DNA from: Blasia pusilla
Taxonomy: Eukaryota
Direction of reading: 5' to 3'
Assembly (NCBI GenBank): GCA_050084515.1
Contig: CM114271.1
Span: 46,686,001-46,750,000 of the forward strand
DNA length: 64,000 nucleotides
The notes under the pieces: model-generated
What the model was told of the DNA's origin: nothing
Database searches by the model: none
The model's input: only the letters and a program-made list of their open reading frames with translations
Shown here: positions 54,706-64,000 of the stretch, piece by piece
Layout: each line of letters begins with the position of its first letter
How positions within the stretch are numbered: the stretch's first letter is position 1
Position numbers and translations under genes: made by a program

Positions 54706-56694
54706 TGTGGTGCTCCCCTTCGTGATTTTCTCCGCCCAAACTGTCAGCGTGTGAAAATGGAATATGAAGAAACGATCGAGAGAGTTTTCCCTCTCTCGCG
54801 CTCGCAACCTTCGCTTTGACTGTTGAGCTCCGCTCACGGACGAGAGTAATCGCCCAGTAACGAATTCAGTGGTTCTCCTGACGGTATCGCGGGAATCGTC
54901 CATCTGCGGTAAGAGGCCATCTGCGGTAATAGCTCTCACGGTTGTTTTCGAGACCTAGGCTGGCGTCTGGTGACATGTTTTCGTGATGGATACGTTTGTG
55001 CCGGGCACATTCCTAGGTTGTGGTGCGTGGGTCATCCTGCATTTCATGCGCTGTCATCGGGTTGGTGCCTCGTCTACGTTTGGAAGCACTTCATGGCACG
55101 TTATGGAGACTGCAAGCGTTAGCTGAGAAGATTGGAGAGGAGACTGGTGTCGCGCGCTTTCTTTTAATCTGTGCATGCGTCATGTCACATTCCTTGGTCG
55201 GTGTCGAACTTTCTCCGCACGATTGCGAGGTTTATCTCGCTGCAGGCGCTGACGGATCGATAGGATTGCCTGCTAAAGAAGTAGTGTTGAAGAAAGTTTG
55301 CAGCTCGAATGCCGTGCTAACACGGGTATCAGCCGGCAGTGTGAAACTTCACTGTCTGAACCCCCAAAATTCGGGAGTGTTCCTTGTGCTTAAGAATTGT
55401 GAATCGAATGAGGCAGAATCCCTGCGGCGTTCACTCTCCGATGCATGCGTTTTTGTCTCAGAGAGTCAGTCATCTCGTAACCGCTTCGGACTGATGGGAA
55501 GACGTTCGCGTCGCAAAGAATTCAGAAAAGATGGCTATGTCATCTCTGTCAGGTTCATCTGCACAACTGCCGTCGGATCTTATGTTTTATCCCGACTCCT
55601 GATCAACAATTCTTGAGTTCTATGTCACTATTTGAAAATTGTTTTCGTTTTTTCTTAGAAGTTGTTTCAAGAAAAAGTTTATAGTAGAATCATTTTCCAC
55701 ACGGAGGTCAATGCCTGGGAAGCATCATCGACTGAGATCTATCGATTCAGCTTTAACGTCCGCTTTGATTGTCAGCTTTAAGACGCGTGAGATAGTGGCG
55801 ATACGAACTTTTGGTGATTCCGAGCATAGAGCTGTTGAATGCACCGATCGCTTCACGGATTCATCGACTTGCGATCTTCATGAGCACCGGGCTAATGAAG
55901 CGCAACGGCCGCTCAGTTGTAGAAACCTTGGTTTCCGAGAGTTTTCATGATGCTCATGATATCCTGCCCCAATTCCTCAGGAACAATCGGTGAACGGCGA
56001 ATTTGAGGCACTCAGCAGCAAGAGTGCGTTCAAAAGTGAGCTTGAAAAAGGGCACCAAGGGATTGCGGTCGGCATGGACGTTTTTCATAGAGGGAAGGTG
56101 CTCGTTGTGACCCTCCAGTAAGTCGGAGTTCAAACTTCACAGGGCTGGCTCTGCCTACAGCACAGGAATCACGTATTCCCAGACGTCAGCGACAGACGAT
56201 ACCACCACAAATGCTGTCTCCGATGTCGGCCAATGCGACGACAGAGCGCTGGTTGCTCCCCGAATCCCTCTGCTTCTTCTTACGCTGTACTTTTCCAAGG
56301 TCCTACCCACGTCGTCGTCGGCAGGCCCCGGTCAAGCTCATCCCGTGAGTCCAGCTTCTCCATAATTGCTGTTCTCCACCAAAGCGGTGGACATAGCTGC
56401 ACGCACGGGAGGTTCTCTTTCACCGTCACAGGATTTCTCCGTTAAAGATTTGAGTTACCGATTTCCAGCCCCCGCTCAAACACAGTGCAACCTTCTGCCC
56501 TCCCAAGAACCTTGCACTTCGATTTCTACGGTGTGCGCAAGTACTGCCGGAAAGTCTCCTCACCGGTTGATCCGCCGAAACACAATCAAAGCTTCTGCCT
56601 CCTCCATTCAACTTCGATTCAGAGGGTAAGTATGTTGTGGGAAAAGGTACTTCTTTCTCTACTCTTGAACAGGGCCTCCATTATCGTCAAAATT

Positions 56695-56954
56695 GAAACT
56701 TTTCCTACGATCACTCCAATCACTTTCAACTAAACTTACTCTAAACTTGAACTTATGAACTCGGAAACTTTTCCCATGCTTCTACGATCACTCCCATCAC
56801 CTTCAACTATACATATACAAAATTCAGGGCTTTTTTCGTTGAGCTGATCACCAATATGAACTCGGAAACTTTTCTCATGCATCTACTATCACTCCAATCA
56901 CCTTCAACTATACTAAACAAAATTCAGGGCTTTTATCGTTGAGCTGATCACCAA
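56695..56954 (+). repeat. Tandem repeat, ~100-bp unit, two full copies plus one partial
   Basis: TATGAACTCGGAAACTTTTC..CTAC.ATCACTCC.ATCACCTTCAACTA..AAAATTCAGGGCTTTT.TCGTTGAGCTGATCACCAA at 56754 and 56855; partial copy from 56695. Confidence 0.85.
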
Positions 56955-59900
56955 AGTTCAAAACCCAGGACTTAGATTCTAGTTATAAAACGAGAGGGTA
57001 GTCGACAAGGTCAAAGTACTTATTTCTCTCTTCTTCATATCTCAACAACAATCACCCCAAAATTTGATTGAGGCACTAACCTTCTTCTTATCAAGTCTCT
57101 AAAATCTCCAAGATGTGAGCAACTCCTACTTGATGTCTTTTGACTTCATACAACTTCAATCAACAATTAAACTTTTATGTAGCATCCCTGATTCCACGTA
57201 ATCTCACTATATGGGAGTTGTGGAAACTATCTTGATAAGATTAAAATAATAAAAGAACACAAGTCTTCCCAACTTTCCATCTTTGCCTCAATCTCCTTGC
57301 CATCACAAATAAAACTCCCACAAAGCTCCAAACCGTCTTCCCTAAACCCTTTTCTTTAAACGTCTTCTCCAACTTTTCGCAGCAAAATTCGTAGATCCCC
57401 TTTCACTTCACGGCTCCTCCCATGCTCTTTGTTTCTAATCGCGCTCAGCCACCTAGCGTTCTGGAAGTTTCTCCTTCTTGGCCTACCAACATCTTCTTGA
57501 TCTCCCTAAATGCTTCTCATTTGCTCCTCCAAAATGTGCGTTACTCTCCCTTAACTTATCCTTCCAAATCACTTCTAAGACGCTTTTGCCATTTGGCTAG
57601 CTTTGAATGGCAAAGAATTTTCTATCCATCCTTGGTCAATCTTAATACCTTTCCAATTTAACTGGAGGTATTTCGTCCTCTTTCTCTGAGATTTACACTT
57701 GACCAAATCTTTACCAAGATTCATTGGTCATTGACAAGGTACCAACAACATGATTACTCTTTGGACGACAACTCCTTGAGACTAATCTCCACCTTCTATC
57801 TTCTTTCCTTTTTCACTTTAGAAGTCTTCTTTTGTACTTTTCGGAAGTGTCGCCTTCATACTTCTTCTCGGCTAACACTAAAAAATTTTCCCATGAGTAT
57901 TACATGAGGCGCATGTCGGGCTTTACTACGACTTTCCTTACGAGATCTTCTAGTTTAGACTTCTAAGGCTCCAAGTCTCAATTTAGGTGATGAGACTCAT
58001 TGTTGGTTTAAATCTTCATCGCCCAATTCAGTTTAGAATATACTTGAGCACTTAAAGTGAAAATATTTCTCAACCACACGCATTTTTTTTCTTGACACGT
58101 TACATTGACTATTTCATATATATAAGTAGCGGTTAATCTATTGAAATACAAGCAAAGCTTTTATCTCCTCCATTAAACTTCGATTTCGATTTCGTATGTA
58201 AGTAGCCTCGGGTTATACGAGAACTATTCTTGACCAATTGACCACAATGATGGTAACATGGTCTCGACGTTGATGATTGGTGAGTCAGCAACTAGCAGCC
58301 ATCGTTAAATAAAATGAAACCATTTGCTACACAACTTCAACTTTGCGCTATGTACGGTTGATTCTATGAGACATTCTCTTGACGGATTGACCCCATTCTC
58401 ATGGTTCCTACACTTCTGCGTTACCATTTTCTAGTGTCCTCTAAATACCATGAAACCTTCTTCCTCCTACCTTCCACTTTAGTTTCTATGGAGTGGATAA
58501 GTAATCATGGTTTCACGCTCGTGCAAAGAGGTTCAACAAAAAGAGAATGAACACTCAAGCTCTCTCTCCTTGAAATATACCCCTCCACTCCCCCAAGCTC
58601 TCTCCATGGTAACCTATGCTCCCAAGTCGCCTCCTTGGCTCTTGACATGATGTAGGAGGTCAAGGTCCACTTACCAAAAAGAGAAAGTTGATCATATACT
58701 CAAAAATGATACTGACCTAAAATAGTAAATTCCTTATTATGGCTCCAAATGAGCCGAAACGAAGGGGAAACTTGCTCTCTCAGGTTTCCCAGGGCCTCAA
58801 TAGGTCATCCTTGATCTTCTCAGCATGTCCTCCACTACTCGAGAAGGCGCTCTACTAGATCTCACCGATCTATTCTAAAAGACATGACAAGGGATACGCT
58901 AGCGACAAAAATACTACTGCGAATGGGTTGATGAACGGGAGGTCGAGCAACGAGGCAATTTTACTCCGAAACTCCAAGACGTAAAGATTTGGTCTGATCA
59001 ACTGGGATTTCAGCTGCACCAACTCAACGAAAGCGATTAAGCCCTCATGTTGAGCTCCTTGCAATGGAATTCAGCTTGCAAGTTTTACCTTTTGATGAGG
59101 GATTTAGTTGGGCGATGGATAATTACACTTTTGTGTAGAAGAAAATTGACATATGGAGCTTCAAGCTCAATCTCAAACCCCGTATATTTTGGAATAATGC
59201 TAAATGGACTTAACCCTGTGATTTCTCATAGGATAAGCAGGTCTAACTTTTTATGCACCACAAAAGTTTGAAAGTTGAAGTCCATATTAACGTGCTACTC
59301 GAAACTCTCATCAACGCGATCTAATATTTTCTCTCCTGAGAATGTTGAAGAGCTCGCAAAACGTCAGGTGATCATAGAGGCATGCGAGAGGAGATTTTAT
59401 GTGTAGATAACACTCTTTCGATGTATTACCAACCTAGATCTCGTCAAAGATCCAAGTTTATGTGTGATTGTAAGATCATGCCATGCAATATTATGTTGTA
59501 CTTGCTAGAATTTCAAGGTCTCGGATAGAGGCCTTGGAATCTGCCATGACAATCTCAGGGTTGCAATATATAGAAATTGAGAGTTTTTGCTAGCTCGTAA
59601 ATAGTCAAGAAATATCTGCTTGCCCAATCATGTCATAACTTGAATAAATTTTGGAGTTTCTCTTTCTCTTCTAACTGTTTGAATAGAAACGTATAGGTTC
59701 ACCCTTCCACAGTTTGAAGGAATGCCTTGCATAGTTGATGGATTGCGCATCTTTTGCTCTAGAAACTGTCTCCAACATGTACTATGGGAGATAGGAATGT
59801 TATTCATTGAGACATTGAAGAACAAAATTTGCCCCCTCCTCTCCCAACTTCCCAAGGCCTTTCCTTACCAAGGGCTGATCTTACTAAGAGTGCCTTGGTT

Positions 59901-62795
59901 CAAAGCATCAAACCTTCGGATCTAGGACGACTGAGTTTACCACTCGGTCAATTATTTGTTGATCATAGAGAATACCATGAAGTGCTCTTTAGGCAATTAC
60001 TGTGGAAAGTTGGAGGGAAGCTCAGGCCCTTAGAAAACCACCGATGGATATAGAATTGGTAACAAGATCCAACTCTAGATTCCCAAAATAGGCTACGGAG
60101 CAGATAATTGGAATGGATGGTTTAGTAGGGATCGAGCAGATTGAAAAGTGGTGGTAACAACTAGGGCTTGGATAACGGGAGAAGGTCTATGATCGAATTT
60201 CATAACGGGAATACAGGCCGAAACAATGAGCAAACCTCATGCCTAATTCCTTCATCTCTCCTGGAGGTCTCAATAGACCCTGAACTAGCTTACGAGGTTT
60301 CAGTATGGGAATGTACAAAATACCTCTAGGGAGTCTCAAGCATCTTATCATTCCTGTAGCTCATGAATTGGAAACTTGGGGAGGGAATGCATCGTATGTA
60401 AGGTTAGAGGAAACATTCAACTCATTTGAGATCTACCGTGTCATAAATATGCTTGACATTATCTGTTATGGAGAAGTCACTAATCGTCGTGACTAACTAC
60501 ATCCTTAACAGGTGAAGAAGGCTTGCTTATTGGCTTCTGAACCCAAAAAAATTTCCGCTATTCCTATCATCCTAGTCATCTAGTCAGTTGGCAAGCTCAA
60601 ATCCTCATCCCCGTGACAAGAAATTGCGGCACTGAGCTTCGCGTGGAACGAGGTAAAGAGAGAAGAGAAGAATGCATGTCCTTTAGCACAAACATGATCT
60701 TGCGGGCTCCAAGGGTAAGAGTGGGAGTGGTGTGGGGATCTAGTTCGTTGGAGAGCCTATTGAGGTGAAGAAAGACAATGGAGAAATGATGAGATATGGA
60801 TGGAGCACCATGAGATAAGTCATTCCGTGTTGGTCTACTACGAGGGCGGTCATGTGACTCAACTAGATTGGAACTTTGGAAAGCCTACATCCCAAGGATT
60901 CTACAAGGAGTAAGACTTATACGATTGTGCTTCCCTTCGCATATGCTATTGCTGCCTCTACCATTGACGAAAGTCTGTCTCTAACCTTCAGGGCGGGACT
61001 CTAGAGTTCCGAAGGTTCAACACCTAGATAAAGTTAAGTAGAGCTAAATGGCAGATACTTCCGATGCTTTTGTGGGCACGTCCAACCCCTGCATAATCCG
61101 CTCTTTGTGCTGCACCAAATCGTAGGCTTGTGAGTTCTATCCAAACTTCACAATAATAACCTCTTCACTGAATCTCTGGAAGCTCTGTTCATGAATGGGC
61201 GGATGGACGGGTTGGCATCAATCTTGAAGATCAAGCTTTGGATCTTCACCAAATTTTCTGTTGATCATTTGGATCCTCTACTTTGGTCTATACCTACCGC
61301 TTATCTACAGTAGGACACAAGAAAAACTCTCTGATTTCGCACTTTGGCATAGATCAGGAAAGGTGAAAATTCTCATCACTTTGCTTGTGATGAGTATCCA
61401 ACGTCAATGGAAGGTTGCGTTAAGGGGATGGCCAGTAAAGGGTTGTCATAGAAGGCATTCTAGAGACAATTTGAAGAATAACATGGGGAAAAAGTAAGAA
61501 AACAAAATTTTTCACCTAAAAAAAGCGACAAGGGAAGGGACGGGGGAAGACCACAGAATATTCGATTCTCACACAATCTTAAGCATATGCATTTCTATAT
61601 AAACATACCCACTTAATGTGAAGTTATTGGCTAGAACAAGCACATGAAGAATTTTTTTGTAATTGTAGTGGGGTATGACCGCCTTCAAAAGCAATCGCCT
61701 CCAATTTTACAGAGAAGGTTTGTATGAGCTTCTCCATCTGTGCGTTCCACGATTCGACTTGGATTGCACGTCTTCATATCCTCTTCGAATCTCCTCAAGA
61801 TCGGTCTCCAATCTTAGGGCGAATATCACCCCAGCCTGACCCAAAATAATACCAACTCGATTAACATGGCTATAGTGTGACGAGACCTCACGGAAGCCAT
61901 TCTTGCGATTTTCATTCAGCCATCGTAAAAGTGTGTACATACCTTGTGGAGAAGCGCGATTCCAACTTCAATCTTGGAGAGCCTATATCTCACGACGAGC
62001 AGGAAACACACTTTCCTTAAGCGACATGAGGCTAGTAAGCCCTAAACCTACTTACACAAGTATTAGGGAAAGTGTTTCAACAAACGTCCTAAACTGGGTT
62101 CGGAAATTATGGGAAAGCATTCCAATACGACTTCAATACCACGGTCCTGGTACTGGATTGAATTTGAGCTTATGGAAATACCTCTTAAATTGAACCTTCT
62201 TCTCATCTGAATTCAATCCTATGTTTGCCAAGAATCAGCATTCTTTGTAAACGTAGCCGGTTGAGATCGTGTGATTTTCACATGAAATCTGAAACTTTAG
62301 TAAAATTTTCGATGTGAAAATTGGTTTTTCTTTGTTAAATAAAAAAGAACCGGTTAGAATGATGAAATTTTTTCTTGTCTTGAAAGATCTCTCGGAAAAA
62401 GATCCGGTGTGCCTAAAAGTCATGTTTGAGCACTAATTCAATCCATGCTATTACTTATGTTAAAAGAAAGTAAAATATTATTGAGATCATTTATCTTTTT
62501 CAAATATTAAATGAGCTCCACCTAATCTCTCAGTAAAATTTATTTTTACTAATAAATTTATTATTATTCAAAAATAGACTTGGAAAATTTTACACATGAG
62601 AATTTTAAGAGTTAAGCTTTTTAAGGGTTAGGAGAATTTTAATGCCAACATGGAAAAGTGAATGTATAGCCGCGGGAGTTAAGACCTTAACATTCCTTTG
62701 AAGCGAATTCCAAGCAAGAAATGGAAATTAATAAATACACTGTGTATGGTAAGGATCCATTTCAGCCAACAAAATTAAAGATAATATATTTTCTA

Positions 62796-63505
62796 TATCT
62801 ATATTATTATTGGAGAGTGCCTTCTTGATTTGCAGACATCTCTTTGCTTGACATGTGACAACCGGGCAGCAAGAAAAGATTTCCTCCTCTACAATCAACA
62901 AGAAAAATATTTTGTGTCCAATATGATTAGTCCCTTCACTCTTGTGCATGGCACGGGTTGCCCACTACCTTAACAGAAGTTGGGTTACGAGAAGTTCCGC
63001 TCTTGTTATTGATACATGTGTTTTAGAGCTCTTCTTCTATCAACTAGTGTGCAGACCTTTCCCACCCATTCGTTAAGGCACCTTTCAATAAAGTACCTGT
63101 AACATGTGAAATATTTTCTTGCTGCCCAATTGCCACATGTCAAACATAGAAGAGTTTCCAAATCAAGAAGGCACTCTCATGATAATATAGATCTTAAAAA
63201 TAAAAAAATCAATTTTAATGTTTTATGCTCAATTGTAGTGTTTGTTGTATTAGAAGAGGTTCCGATGTTATAACACAACCACCACGAATAGTTACTAGTA
63301 AGGCATTTGGGAAATATTTTTTTTAAGAGCTAACTCATAATCTGTCAAGGGAAGAGATTAATAATATTATATATAAATTTAATTTTCTTTTCTTGCTATA
63401 GCATGTGAAATAATTTTTTATTGCCCAATAACCCTATGCCAAAAAAGAAGAGTTTATAAATAAAAAAGACACTATCTCATATTAACATAGATTTAAAAAT
63501 ATAAT
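62796..63505. repeat. ~90-bp dispersed repeat in inverted (62796-62883 vs 63108-63192) and direct (63401-63505) copies
   Basis: Core GAAATATTTTCTTGCTGCCC..CATGTCAAAC..AAATCAAGAAGGCACTCTC..ATAATATAGAT. A similar copy is at ~28880-28970. Confidence 0.65.
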
Positions 63506-64000
63506 TATTATATTTGGAGAAAAAAAATCTAAATCTTTTTCCCGTCACTAATGTTGCATAACACTGGCAATATGAATAATCGGAAAATTGGAAGATTACT
63601 ACACGCCTTTCCCGACAACAATTGCACGGAGATGACGCGTCGCAGGGAACATGCAGACGTGGATGCCCTAATATCGTGGAGGCTCTAGATGTGGAAGTTT
63701 CTCCAGGTCACTAGTACGGTAGGACTACGTGGTCATTGGGCCCTTACCACAGTCATCGCAGCCATCATTCCATCTGCAGTTGACGGACGGAGAGGAAACC
63801 GTTGGACCGGGCGACCGCACAGAGTGACAGAGTTGCTCGATCGAGAAGAAACAGCCGCCGACACTGGGGGAGCGAAATCAGCAACATTGATGGGGAGTTA
63901 TTGTCGTTCCTCGCGGCGTTTATGGTTTTCCTGACTCCCTTAAATGTGTTCAGATCATCGTCATGTCAGACCGTGTTCTTCTGCTCCTCCTCGTGCTCGT

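Noticed and set aside
55020-55616. 198-aa ORF downstream of the NPF gene
   Set aside because: Non-ATG start and no recognisable motif; probably 3' UTR or intergenic sequence.
56695-56954. CRISPR-like array
   Set aside because: The units repeat in full without unique spacers, in a eukaryotic context with no cas genes.

Overview
Eukaryotic land-plant genomic DNA; a non-flowering or bryophyte-like host is an inference from gene and TE style. It holds three intact spliced host genes: an AMMECR1-family gene (331-2732), a Tm-1-like UPF0261/TIM-barrel gene (21269-27284) and an NPF/PTR transporter (51702-54705). The rest is TE-rich: a full-length chromodomain Ty3/Gypsy (5919-13335), a CRE-like RT+RLE non-LTR element (~16450-19730), Copia relics and a solo LTR. 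The most striking object is a minus-strand Ty3/Gypsy element (29151-38426). (i) It carries a DNMT3-like cytosine methyltransferase between protease and RT and a PHD finger after integrase. (ii) It has split, permuted terminal repeats (B-internal-A-B-A) with a palindromic att junction, TG..CA ends and a 4-bp TSD, as if integrated from a two-LTR circle opened inside the LTR. (iii) Its PBS is complementary to its own predicted transcript 5' end (Tf1-like self-priming). An older decayed relative with the same methyltransferase motifs lies at ~4600-5918, interrupted by the chromovirus. All coordinates and alignments were made by eye.
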